DNA from: an uncultured Bacilli bacterium
GTDB lineage: Bacteria > Bacillota_I > Bacilli_A > RF39 > UBA660
Direction of reading: 5' to 3'
Length of the DNA stretch: 64,000 nt
Assembly: GCA_934086815.1 (NCBI GenBank)
Contig: CAKOIM010000001.1
Location: 78,366-142,365 of the forward strand
Part shown: positions 47,765 through 57,126 of the stretch, one piece after another
Position numbering within the stretch: position 1 is the stretch's first letter
Layout: the number at the start of each line of letters is the position of its first letter
Made by a program: the position numbers and the translations under genes
Notes under the pieces: model-generated
What the model was told of the DNA's origin: nothing
Seen by the model: the letters and a program-made list of their open reading frames with translations, nothing else
Databases searched by the model: none

Positions 47765-48976
47765 TTGAGAATGCGTTTTAAATCATTATTATTTATTATA
47801 CTGTTTTTATTCATATTTACGGCATCAGTTGGAGTTGGATATCTTTTTTATCATGAAACACCGACAGATTCAGATATTGTTATAGATGGCGATATTACAA
47901 TTAATTATTTAAGTGGGAAAACATTCAAATTAAATGGTGATAATGAAATATCTTTTTCTGTTACAAATAATGATACTGAACAAAAATATTATTATATTCA
48001 GTTAACAGATGTATATGCTAAAGATGTTTCGTACGAATTAAAATCTTCGGATAACTTTGAAAAAAGTGATGCTTTAAAATCAGATATTATTTCTAATCAA
48101 ATATCAATTGAAGGAAATAAAACAATTAATTACACAATAAAATTTCAAGCAGAAGACAATAAAGAGTATTCTGGTACAATTAAAGTTGGTGTAAAAGTAA
48201 ATGAAAATAATACTTTTGCAGATGTAATACTTGCAAATAATAAAGTCGGAGATGTCACATTATCAAATATTGGGGATACTGCGACATTAGATGAAGGTTT
48301 ACAAAAAAAAGAAGATGATATTGGACCGGCTTATTATTTTCGTGGAGCTGTTTCTAATAATTTTGTTACATTTGCTAATTTTACATGGAAAATAGTTAAA
48401 ATTAATGGTGATGGTTCTGTAAAACTTGTTTTAGATGGAATACTTCCTGAAATTAGTAAATACTATGAAAATGATACAGAGTTTTTAAATACACCTATAT
48501 ATAAACAATTAGAGAGTTGGTATAATGGTTATTTAAGTAATTACAGTGATTATATAACTTATTATAAGTATTGTGACGATAAAGGATATGATAGTAATAA
48601 AACAACATTACTAGCTTATAATAGAATAATAACAAATAAAATTCCATCTTTTGTTTGTTTAGGAAATGCCCTTAATTCTAAAATAGGTTTATTGACAGCG
48701 GATGAAGTATCCCTAGCCGGAGGGAGTAATGTAGCAAATACAAGTTATTATTTATATAATGAAAATATTAAAACATCTTATTATACAATGACTGCATCAT
48801 CAATAAATGCTACATTTAATCCTTTTGTTGTAAATGCAGATGGAAGCTTAGTTAGTGATGTATCTGGTACTTTGCTTAGAGGTGTTAGACCAGTAATAAA
48901 TATTACTAAAAATGCTAAGGTAAGCGGTAGCGGAACTTACGATGATCCATACACGATAATAAGTAATAAAAATTAA
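47765..48976 (+). CDS. Signal-anchored surface protein, paralog of 13612-15159
   Basis: TM helix LLFIILFLFIFTASVGVGYLF. An N-terminal beta-rich domain, then YYFRGAVSNNFVTFANFTWKIVKINGDGSVKLVL and GVRPVINITK (DUF6273-like from memory). Start could be TTG 47765 or ATG 47771. Confidence 0.6.
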   Translation: MRMRFKSLLFIILFLFIFTASVGVGYLFYHETPTDSDIVIDGDITINYLSGKTFKLNGDNEISFSVTNNDTEQKYYYIQLTDVYAKDVSYELKSSDNFEKSDALKSDIISNQISIEGNKTINYTIKFQAEDNKEYSGTIKVGVKVNENNTFADVILANNKVGDVTLSNIGDTATLDEGLQKKEDDIGPAYYFRGAVSNNFVTFANFTWKIVKINGDGSVKLVLDGILPEISKYYENDTEFLNTPIYKQLESWYNGYLSNYSDYITYYKYCDDKGYDSNKTTLLAYNRIITNKIPSFVCLGNALNSKIGLLTADEVSLAGGSNVANTSYYLYNENIKTSYYTMTASSINATFNPFVVNADGSLVSDVSGTLLRGVRPVINITKNAKVSGSGTYDDPYTIISNKN

Positions 48977-49142
48977 AGATTTTCTTTAGTTTTTTTATTT
49001 GCTTTAATTAATTATTTATGTTATAGTAGTTTCGTAAAAAGTGATTGGCTTGTAAACATTTACACTATTATATGTAAATTAAGTGTTTAATTGTTTAAAG
49101 TAAAGTGTAAAAGTGATACAATTAAATTGTGGTGATATTTTT

Positions 49143-49625
49143 ATGAAGTTTTTAAATAATATAGGAAGTTTTTTACTAGCTCTTAGGTTAGTTGATATAA
49201 TATTCTTTTTATCGGTGTTAATTTTAATGATTTTAGTTGTGACATTAATATATTTTATCAAAATTAATAAAGATGAAGAAGAAAAAAATGATATGGAAGA
49301 AACTGCGGAAATGAAAATAGTAAAGGAACTAAAGGAAAGTATGAAAAATAATGAGCCAACAATTAATATTACAAATTATGAAAAAGATCAAGAAGATAAA
49401 GCAATAATAAGTTATGATGAATTGTTAAATAAAAATAAAAATTATGGTATTAATTATGAAAAAGAAGAAACATATGATGACTTAACGGTAAAAAAGGTTG
49501 ATTTAGATAATTTAGTTAATAAATCAGCGGAAATAACTCCGAATATAGAAGTTCGTGTTATAAGTTTTCAAAAAGAAGAAGCTTTTTTAGAAGCTTTAAA
49601 AAGATTACAACAAGAATTGGGGTAG
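49143..49625 (+). CDS. Small membrane-anchored acidic protein (160 aa)
   Basis: One TM helix (IIFFLSVLILMILVVTLIYFI) followed by an E/K-rich tail. Start moved to ATG 49143. Confidence 0.5.
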   Translation: MKFLNNIGSFLLALRLVDIIFFLSVLILMILVVTLIYFIKINKDEEEKNDMEETAEMKIVKELKESMKNNEPTINITNYEKDQEDKAIISYDELLNKNKNYGINYEKEETYDDLTVKKVDLDNLVNKSAEITPNIEVRVISFQKEEAFLEALKRLQQELG

Positions 49626-49631
49626 GTTATT

Positions 49632-50864
49632 ATGAATTTTAATATAATTACATTTGGGTGTAAAGTTAACCAATACGAATCTAACATGATGAAAGAAAGA
49701 ATGCTTTCATCAGGTTTTTTGTTTAATGATGATTTAAATGCTTGTGATATTATAATAATTAATACATGTTCTGTTACTAATGTGGCTGATAAAAAGTGTT
49801 TAAAAATGTTTCGTAAAGTTAAAAGAGAAAATCCTACGGCTGTATTAGTTGTATGTGGATGTAGTAGCCAAAATTTACAAGAAGTATATAAAGCTTTAGA
49901 TATCGATATTTTAATCGGAAATAAAGATAAAAGTAAGATAGATATATTAATTAAAGAATATATTGCTAGTAAAGATAAATATATGAAATTTTATAATGAA
50001 AGAAACTTAGATTTTGAAGATATGATGATAAATGATTTCAATCATATAAGAGCATTTATTAAGATTGAAGATGGTTGTGATAATTTTTGTTCATATTGTA
50101 TAATTCCTTATGTTCGTGGAAGTGTTAGATGTAAACGGTATGAAGATGTATTAAAAGAAGCAAAGCTTCTAGTAGAAAACAATCATAAAGAAATAGTTTT
50201 AACAGGTATCCATACAGGAAGATATTGTGATGAAAATCATGATTTAACTGATTTAATAAATTCCCTTAGTGAAATAGATGGTATTAAAAGAATTAGAATA
50301 TCAAGTATTGAAATAACTGAGTTAAATGATAAGTTTTTAAATATGCTAAGAACTAATGAAAAAGTATGTAATCATTTACATATACCTCTTCAAGCGGGTA
50401 GTAATGAAATTTTAAAGAAAATGAATAGAAAATATGATACAAATTATTTTGTCGAAAAAATAAATAAAATTAGAGATATTAGACCAGATATTTCAATTTC
50501 AACAGATATTATAGTGGGGCATCCCTATGAAACTCAAGAATTATTTAATGAAACATATGAGTTAGCTAAGAAAATTAATTTTAGTAAAATTCATGTATTT
50601 CCATATTCTTTAAGAGAAGGCACAGCATCTTCAAAGATGAAAGAACAAGTAAAAGAAGAAATTAAAAAAAGTAGAGCTAAAAAACTTGGCCTTTTAAGTG
50701 ATAAATTAGAACAAGATTATTATGATAAGTTTATTGGAAAAAATGTTGATGTTTTGATTGAGACTGTAAATGATGAAGAAAGTATTGGGCATACTAGTAA
50801 CTACTTAATGGTTAAACTACCAGAAAAACTAGAAGTTGGAAAGATATATAGTAGGGTATTATGA
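49632..50864 (+). CDS. mtaB: Radical-SAM methylthiotransferase, MtaB-type (ms2t6A37 tRNA modification)
   Basis: NTCSVTNVADKK (UPF0004 domain), CDNFCSYCIIPYVRG radical-SAM cluster, and a TRAM-like C-terminus. Confidence 0.8.
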   Translation: MNFNIITFGCKVNQYESNMMKERMLSSGFLFNDDLNACDIIIINTCSVTNVADKKCLKMFRKVKRENPTAVLVVCGCSSQNLQEVYKALDIDILIGNKDKSKIDILIKEYIASKDKYMKFYNERNLDFEDMMINDFNHIRAFIKIEDGCDNFCSYCIIPYVRGSVRCKRYEDVLKEAKLLVENNHKEIVLTGIHTGRYCDENHDLTDLINSLSEIDGIKRIRISSIEITELNDKFLNMLRTNEKVCNHLHIPLQAGSNEILKKMNRKYDTNYFVEKINKIRDIRPDISISTDIIVGHPYETQELFNETYELAKKINFSKIHVFPYSLREGTASSKMKEQVKEEIKKSRAKKLGLLSDKLEQDYYDKFIGKNVDVLIETVNDEESIGHTSNYLMVKLPEKLEVGKIYSRVL

Positions 50865-53041
50865 ATTATATAAAGGGAAAAATAAAAAAGACAATTTTTT
50901 ATAATGCAGATAATGGCTTTTTAGTAGCTCTTTTTCGGGTTAAAGAAACTAATGATATTTCTCTTAAAGAAAAAGTAAATAAAACAATTACTATTACTGG
51001 TCAATTTCCGGACGTGAATTTAGATGTATTAATGGAACTTTATGGTAAATTTATTAAAAATGAAAGATTTGGAATGCAATACTCTGTTAATAACTATGTT
51101 TTATCAAGACCTGATAGTAAAGAAGCTATCACCGATTTTTTAGCAAGCTCATTTATTTCTGGATGTGGGGAAGTAACTGCCAAAAAAATTGTCGATATGT
51201 ATGGAAAAGATACTTTAGATATTATAAAAAATGATAAAACTAAATTATTAATGATTGATGGTATGACAGAAAGTCGTGCTAATAAGATATATGATTCTTT
51301 ACAAAACTATAATAAAAGTAGTGATATTATTATGACTTTTCAAACCCTTGGTTTTTCAATTGATGAGTGTTTTAAAATATACCAAAAATTTAAAAATAGA
51401 ATCGAAGATATTTTAAATGATGATTTTTATGATTTAAAAGAAGTAATTGATTTTGCAAAAGTAGATAATATATACATAAAAAAGTATGGTGATAAAACAA
51501 GTACAAGAATTTATGCTTGTATAATCGAAGCTATGCAACAACTAAGTAATAGTAATGGAGATATTTATTATTATGAACAAGAAATAAAAGAGATGTTACT
51601 TAAGAAATTTAATATAGAAATAAATGAAGATGTTTTTAGTGAATTAATAAATGATTTAATAAATAAAGATAAAGTAATAAAGGTAGATAATATATACTAT
51701 TTAAAAAGTTATTATGATAAAGAAATATTAATAGCGAAGAATTTAAAAAAGATAGATTCATTTAAAGTTAAGAAAATTGCTGAGTTAGATGAAAAATTGG
51801 AAGTATTAGAAAATAAACTTAATATAAAATATAATTCGGAACAAAAAAAGGCTATTATAAGTGCCCTTAATAATAATATTTCAATTATATCCGGAGGTCC
51901 AGGAACTGGAAAAACTACAATTATAAATGCTATTGTAAGGCTATATATTGAAGAACATCACTTAGGAAATCAAGATATAGTAGAAAATATAGCTCTTTTA
52001 GCGCCAACTGGAAGAGCATCTAAGAAGTTATCTACTTCGACTAATTTACCGGCCTATACAATTCATAGGTATTTAAAATGGTACAAAGATAGTAATGATT
52101 TTTTTTATAACGAATATAACCGAACTAAACATCATTTAATAATAGTGGATGAAGTTAGTATGATAGATGTAGATTTATTTAATGCTTTACTTAATGGAAT
52201 TAGTTCTAATGTAAAAATAATATTTGTCGGGGATACATTCCAGCTACCAAGTGTAGGTCCAGGCCTAATATTAAATGATTTAATAGCTAGTGATTATTTT
52301 AATTATGTTCCGTTAAATCAAATATATAGACAAAGTGAAAATTCTTATATTCCATATTTAGCTAAAGAAATAAAAATGAATGAATTAAGCGAAGATTGTT
52401 TAGTTAAAAAAGATGATTATAATTTTTTTGAAGCCAATAATAATCAAATAAAAAGTGCAATAAAGCAAATTATAGAAGTTTCATTATCTAAAAATATTGA
52501 TGAAAAAAGAATGCAAGTATTAGCTCCGATGTATCGTGGCGAAAATGGTATTGATAATTTAAATATAATATTACAAAGTATTTATAATCCGGCAAGTATA
52601 AAAAAAATAGAAATAAAATATGGCGATGTAATATATCGAGAAAATGATAAAGTATTACAATTAATAAATGATTTAGATAATAATGTATTTAATGGTGATA
52701 TAGGGTTTATTAAGCAAATAGTAAATAATAAAATATATATAGATTTTGATAGTAGTGAAGTTATATATGAGAAGAAAGATTTGAAAAATATAAAACATGC
52801 ATATGCTATAACTATTCATAAAAGTCAAGGTAGTGAATTTGAACATGTAATTATGCCAATTACTTCAAGTTATTTTAAAATGCTTTATAACAAACTTATA
52901 TATACAGGTGTAAGTCGAGCTAAAAAAAGTTTAACCATTGTTGGAAGTTTTAAGGCTTTTAAAGATGCTGTTGGTAATAATTATTCAGCTTCAAGAAAAA
53001 CTACTTTAAAAGATGCTATTATTAATGTATATAAAGATTAA
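50861..53041 (+). CDS. recD2: RecD2-type ATP-dependent DNA helicase (RecD/TraA family)
   Basis: SGGPGTGKTT, IIVDEVSMID, FVGDTFQLPSVGPG, AITIHKSQGSEF, and a helix-hairpin-helix-like N-terminal region. Confidence 0.9.
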   Translation: MNYIKGKIKKTIFYNADNGFLVALFRVKETNDISLKEKVNKTITITGQFPDVNLDVLMELYGKFIKNERFGMQYSVNNYVLSRPDSKEAITDFLASSFISGCGEVTAKKIVDMYGKDTLDIIKNDKTKLLMIDGMTESRANKIYDSLQNYNKSSDIIMTFQTLGFSIDECFKIYQKFKNRIEDILNDDFYDLKEVIDFAKVDNIYIKKYGDKTSTRIYACIIEAMQQLSNSNGDIYYYEQEIKEMLLKKFNIEINEDVFSELINDLINKDKVIKVDNIYYLKSYYDKEILIAKNLKKIDSFKVKKIAELDEKLEVLENKLNIKYNSEQKKAIISALNNNISIISGGPGTGKTTIINAIVRLYIEEHHLGNQDIVENIALLAPTGRASKKLSTSTNLPAYTIHRYLKWYKDSNDFFYNEYNRTKHHLIIVDEVSMIDVDLFNALLNGISSNVKIIFVGDTFQLPSVGPGLILNDLIASDYFNYVPLNQIYRQSENSYIPYLAKEIKMNELSEDCLVKKDDYNFFEANNNQIKSAIKQIIEVSLSKNIDEKRMQVLAPMYRGENGIDNLNIILQSIYNPASIKKIEIKYGDVIYRENDKVLQLINDLDNNVFNGDIGFIKQIVNNKIYIDFDSSEVIYEKKDLKNIKHAYAITIHKSQGSEFEHVIMPITSSYFKMLYNKLIYTGVSRAKKSLTIVGSFKAFKDAVGNNYSASRKTTLKDAIINVYKD

Positions 53042-53071
53042 AATTGGTTATCATATCTTTAGAGGTGGAAT

Positions 53072-53233
53072 ATGAAAAATATGATGAAATATATGACTGT
53101 TGCAGGAATATCAGCAGTAACAATCGGGGGTTTTTACTTAATAAATAATCAAAATGCTCGTAAGAAAACTGGTAAAACTATGCTTAAAGCAATGGATAGT
53201 GCAGAAAACTTAATTGCTAAGAAAATGAATTAG
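53072..53233 (+). CDS. Candidate 53-aa small membrane protein (below ORF-track cutoff)
   Basis: MKNMMKYMTVAGISAVTIGGFYLINNQNARKKTGKTMLKAMDSAENLIAKKMN. GAGGTGG RBS, one TM helix, followed directly by a terminator. Confidence 0.5.
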   Translation: MKNMMKYMTVAGISAVTIGGFYLINNQNARKKTGKTMLKAMDSAENLIAKKMN

Positions 53234-53253
53234 AGTCTTAAGACTCTTTTTTT
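53232..53253 (+). terminator. Rho-independent terminator
   Basis: Palindrome AGAGTCTT/AAGACTCT followed by a T7 run. Confidence 0.7.
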
Positions 53254-53299
53254 GACATTTTTTTTAAAATTCATATGTTATTATTCTCATGGTGATATT

Positions 53300-53749
53300 G
53301 TGAAAAAATATTTAAAAATATTAGTCGTTGCCATATGTCTTGGAGGAATTATAGCGTATTTTTTTTATAAAGATATAAATAAAGAAGTAAAAGCAATTAC
53401 TAAAAAAGAAGAAATAGTAAATCTTTTTCAAGTCGGAGTATTTAAATCTTATAATAATGCTTTAGAGTTTTCTAAAGTATTTAACTCTTCTTATATATAT
53501 GAAAATGATGGTTATTATCGAGTAATAATAGCAGCAAGTTATAGTAAGGAAGCCTTAGTTAAATTAGAAAGCTTATATAAAAATAAAGATATAAATTATT
53601 ATTTAAAAGAGATAAGAGTTAATAAAAAGTTTATAGAAAAATTAAAAAATTATGAAAAAGTAATAATTAAAAGCAATAAAGAAGAAATTATTGATAATGT
53701 AAATAATAGTGTTTTAAATTTATTTGACTCATATATAAAGAAAAGTTAG
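53300..53749 (+). CDS. SPOR-domain membrane protein
   Basis: TM helix ILVVAICLGGIIAYFF, then SPOR-like FQVGVFKSYNNALEFSKVF...GYYRVIIAASYSKEALVKLESL. GTG 53300 is the assumed start. Confidence 0.6.
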   Translation: MKKYLKILVVAICLGGIIAYFFYKDINKEVKAITKKEEIVNLFQVGVFKSYNNALEFSKVFNSSYIYENDGYYRVIIAASYSKEALVKLESLYKNKDINYYLKEIRVNKKFIEKLKNYEKVIIKSNKEEIIDNVNNSVLNLFDSYIKKS

Positions 53750-53762
53750 TTATACTAATAAT

Positions 53763-54413
53763 ATGATAAAGAAGAATAGAGATTATATTTTATTGTTAGG
53801 TGTTTTTTTGTTAACTTTATTTAGTAATAGTCTAAATAATATTTTAGTGAGTTTTAATCCTAATTTAAAGCAAGATAATATTTATAATAACTATGATAAA
53901 GTATTAGAAAAAGAAATAAAGGAAATAAATGAAAATAATGCTTTGGCTTATAAAAATTTAGATTTAACATTAAGTCGAGTTAAATATCGTGATGTTTATG
54001 ATTTTATGAATACATTAACTATTTATAAAGGTTTTTTAGATGGTGTTTCAGTTAATGATGCTGTTTTAACTAATAATGGCTTAGTCGGAGTAATAGAAAA
54101 AACTTTTGCCCATTATAGTGTTGTTAGATTAATTACAAATAAACAAAGTAATATATCTGTAAAAATAAATAATTCTATTGGAGTTTTAAAGTTTCAAAAT
54201 AATAAATTAATTGTTAGTAATATAAATAATTATGAAAATATAAATATCGGAGATTTAATATATACATCTGGCTTAGGTAATATTGATGAGGGAATATACG
54301 TTGGAAAAGTTAAAAATATAAAATTAAATAATACGGAAATTGAAAAAATAATTGAAGTTTCTATAAATGAACCATTAGAAAATATAAATTATTTATATAT
54401 ATGGAGGCATTAA
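53763..54413 (+). CDS. mreC: Rod shape-determining protein MreC
   Basis: N-terminal TM helix and GLVGVIEKTFAHYSVVRLITNKQSNISVKI. Followed by an mreD-like gene. Confidence 0.8.
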   Translation: MIKKNRDYILLLGVFLLTLFSNSLNNILVSFNPNLKQDNIYNNYDKVLEKEIKEINENNALAYKNLDLTLSRVKYRDVYDFMNTLTIYKGFLDGVSVNDAVLTNNGLVGVIEKTFAHYSVVRLITNKQSNISVKINNSIGVLKFQNNKLIVSNINNYENINIGDLIYTSGLGNIDEGIYVGKVKNIKLNNTEIEKIIEVSINEPLENINYLYIWRH

Positions 54414-54796
54414 TGTTTTTAGTATTCTTAGATTGTTTAATATATAATTTTACTTCTTATAAGTCTTTCTTCTTTTTAAATAGTATTAATTCTAAGTCTA
54501 TAGTTTATAATATAGCCATAGGTATATTTATTGATCACTTTATAATACATTTATATTTTCCTACATTAATTTTTATGATAATTATGTATTTTATTCATAA
54601 ATATTTAAAACTTAACTATTTAAATGTGTTAAATTACTACTTATTTAATATTTGCATGGTATTTATTTATTATTTAGTATTATCAATTATTAATAATAGT
54701 AATTATAGTATTTTACTAAATATCTTTGTAATTAATTCAATATTTATTTTAATAAGTTATATAAAGGATTCTAGGCGCATAAAATTATCTAGGTGA
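54401..54796 (+). CDS. mreD: Rod shape-determining protein MreD (probable)
   Basis: Small polytopic membrane protein overlapping the mreC end. Assignment is by position. Confidence 0.6.
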   Translation: MEALMFLVFLDCLIYNFTSYKSFFFLNSINSKSIVYNIAIGIFIDHFIIHLYFPTLIFMIIMYFIHKYLKLNYLNVLNYYLFNICMVFIYYLVLSIINNSNYSILLNIFVINSIFILISYIKDSRRIKLSR

Positions 54797-54803
54797 TTTA
54801 TAT

Positions 54804-55397
54804 ATGGATTCTTATTTAAATCAGTTTAAAAAGAAAAAAAGAAATATTAAAGTAATTGATAAAAATAATAATTTAAAAAACTTATTATCAAAGTTTTTAA
54901 TTGCCATAATATTTTTTTTAAGCAGTATAATTTTTACTAATATAAGTGATAATAATTTACTTTTATATAAAGAATATGTTTTAACAGAAAGTTTGCCATT
55001 TACAAAAATTAAGGGCTGGTATGAAGAGTTATTCGGAGAAGTTTTACCAGATAGTAAAAATAATCAAATGGTTTTTGATGGTAAGTTATTATATAAAGAT
55101 ATAAAAGATTACTATGATGGGGAACAATTAACTTTAAATAATAATACTTTAATAAATAATATAACGAGTGGAATAGTTGTTTTTATCGGAGAAAAAGATA
55201 ATTATAATAATACCGTTATTATACAAGGGGTAGATGGCGTAGATGCTTGGTATGGTAATTTAGAAAATGTTTCTGTTAAGTTATATGATTATGTTGAAAA
55301 AAATTCCGTATTAGGTCAAACTCAGGATGATAAACTTTATTTAGTGTTAAAAAAAGATAATGATTATTTGAAATATGAAGATTATAAAAATTCATAA
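54804..55397 (+). CDS. Degenerate LytM/M23-domain membrane protein (SpoIVFA-like)
   Basis: TM helix plus SGIVVFIGEKDNYNNTVIIQGVDGVDAWYGNLENVSVKLYDYV, with the M23 metal-binding His positions replaced (Q, N). Position matches Bacillus spoIVFA. Confidence 0.6.
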   Translation: MDSYLNQFKKKKRNIKVIDKNNNLKNLLSKFLIAIIFFLSSIIFTNISDNNLLLYKEYVLTESLPFTKIKGWYEELFGEVLPDSKNNQMVFDGKLLYKDIKDYYDGEQLTLNNNTLINNITSGIVVFIGEKDNYNNTVIIQGVDGVDAWYGNLENVSVKLYDYVEKNSVLGQTQDDKLYLVLKKDNDYLKYEDYKNS

Positions 55398-56127
55398 TAT
55401 TACATATTATTTTTTATTTATATTATTTTTAAGTGGTTACATAAAAGTTGGACTCATAATATTATTCATTGTATTATTTCATGAACTTGGCCATATAATA
55501 GTTGCTCATCTTTTTAAGTATAATATAGAAAGTGTCATAATTTATCCTTTTGGGGGCATTACTTTACTAAATAAAGATTTAAATACTCCGGTAGAAAAAG
55601 AAATTATATTAGCCTTAGCTGGTATAATTAACCAATTGATTTTATTAGTACTTATTTATATATTACCATTTAGTATTACTTTTAAAACTTGCTTTTATAA
55701 ATATAATTTAAGTATTATTTTATTTAATATGCTTCCTATTATTCCTTTGGATGGAAGCATTGTTATGTTTTCTATTTTAAATAAATTTAAGTCTTTTAAA
55801 GAAGCTTATTTTCTTCATGTCATAATAAGTATTATTTTTATTATGGGTTATTTATTATTTAATTATTGGTATAGTTTAAATAATTACTTATTAATTGGGT
55901 TATTTATCTATAAAATATATTTAGCAATAAAAAATTATAAGTACATATATAATAAGTTTTTATTAGAAAGATTTTTGAATAATTATGATTTTAAATATAT
56001 ATCGATGAAGAAGGGCAATTTAGATATTTTAAAGATTGATACGTATCAGTATTTTCAAAAAGATAATAAAATTGTTGGAGAAGAAAAAATTCTTCGGGAA
56101 AGATTTGACAATAGGCCATATATTTGA
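55375..56127 (+). CDS. M50-family site-2 metalloprotease (SpoIVFB-like)
   Basis: HELGH in a TM helix ([12 protein letters not shown]) and [11 protein letters not shown]. Lies immediately upstream of rplU, as in Bacillus. Confidence 0.8.
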   Translation: MKIIKIHNITYYFLFILFLSGYIKVGLIILFIVLFHELGHIIVAHLFKYNIESVIIYPFGGITLLNKDLNTPVEKEIILALAGIINQLILLVLIYILPFSITFKTCFYKYNLSIILFNMLPIIPLDGSIVMFSILNKFKSFKEAYFLHVIISIIFIMGYLLFNYWYSLNNYLLIGLFIYKIYLAIKNYKYIYNKFLLERFLNNYDFKYISMKKGNLDILKIDTYQYFQKDNKIVGEEKILRERFDNRPYI

Positions 56128-56233
56128 TAAAATTAGTTTGTTTTTAAGTAATTTCTTAAAAAACCGCACAGAAAAGGTTATAAACGAATGTACCTTAATG
56201 GCGCGACTTCAAAATAATATAAGGAGGTATGAA
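56128..56233 (+). promoter_or_regulatory. Candidate L21-leader-type 5' UTR of the rplU-prp-rpmA operon
   Basis: A ~105-nt untranslated region ahead of rplU. Firmicutes commonly carry an L21 leader here. The structure was not verified by eye. Confidence 0.25.
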
Positions 56234-56527
56234 ATGAAAGCTATATTTGAAACAGGTGGAAAACAATATTATGTTTCTGTTGGAGATATTATTTATGTGG
56301 AAAAATTAAATGCTGAAGTTGGAAGTGATGTTACATTTGATAAAGTTTTATTTGCAAATGGTGTAGCAGGAAATCCATATGTTGATGCAAGTGTAGTATG
56401 TACAGTTGAAAAACATGGAAAAAACAAAAAAATTAAAGTATTTAAATATAGACCAAAGAAAAAATATCGTAAGACTCAAGGACATAGACAACCATATACT
56501 AAATTAGTTGTTAAGAAAATTGGTTAA
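56234..56527 (+). CDS. rplU: 50S ribosomal protein L21
   Basis: [18 protein letters not shown]... behind an AAGGAGG RBS. The track ORF start 56036 is an upstream in-frame extension. Confidence 0.95.
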   Translation: MKAIFETGGKQYYVSVGDIIYVEKLNAEVGSDVTFDKVLFANGVAGNPYVDASVVCTVEKHGKNKKIKVFKYRPKKKYRKTQGHRQPYTKLVVKKIG

Positions 56528-56829
56528 TGATAAAAGTATATTTAAATAAGAAAAGAATAGTTATTAAAGGACATGCTAATTATGATGATTATGGCAAAGA
56601 TATAGTTTGTGCTAGTGCATCGGCAATAGTAATAACAAGTGTAAATTCTTGTCTTAAGATTTCAAAAGATTCATTATATGTAGAAGAAAAACCAAATCTT
56701 GTTACAATTGAAATATTAGTTGATGATAAAAATGTCTTATTAATAATTGAAAATATGATTTCAATGCTGCAAGAATTAGCAGTAACTTATAAAAATAATA
56801 TAAAAATAATTAAGGAGGATGAACTATGA
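56527..56829 (+). CDS. prp: Ribosomal-processing cysteine protease Prp (YsxB)
   Basis: [21 protein letters not shown] motif, positioned between rplU and rpmA. Confidence 0.9.
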   Translation: MIKVYLNKKRIVIKGHANYDDYGKDIVCASASAIVITSVNSCLKISKDSLYVEEKPNLVTIEILVDDKNVLLIIENMISMLQELAVTYKNNIKIIKEDEL

Positions 56830-57110
56830 ATTTCATGAAGTTAAATATCCAATTATTTGCTCACGTTAAAGCTCAAGGTTCTACAAGAAATGGTAGAGAT
56901 TCAGCTGGTCGTAGATTAGGTGCTAAAGCAAGTGATGGACAAACTGTTTCAGCAGGTTCTATTATTTATCGCCAAAGAGGGACAAAAATTTATCCAGGAA
57001 CAAATGTTGGAATGGGTAAAGATAATACATTATTTGCTAAAATAACTGGTGTAGTTAAATATGAAAGATTAGGAAAAGATAGAAAGAAAGTAAGCGTTTA
57101 CGAAGCATAG
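56826..57110 (+). CDS. rpmA: 50S ribosomal protein L27 with Prp-cleaved N-terminal extension
   Basis: [12 protein letters not shown]|[20 protein letters not shown]. Confidence 0.95.
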   Translation: MNFMKLNIQLFAHVKAQGSTRNGRDSAGRRLGAKASDGQTVSAGSIIYRQRGTKIYPGTNVGMGKDNTLFAKITGVVKYERLGKDRKKVSVYEA

Positions 57111-57126
57111 TAAATGCTTTTTTTTA
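57103..57126 (+). terminator. rpmA terminator
   Basis: AAGCAT-agtaa-ATGCTT hairpin followed by a T-run. Confidence 0.65.
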
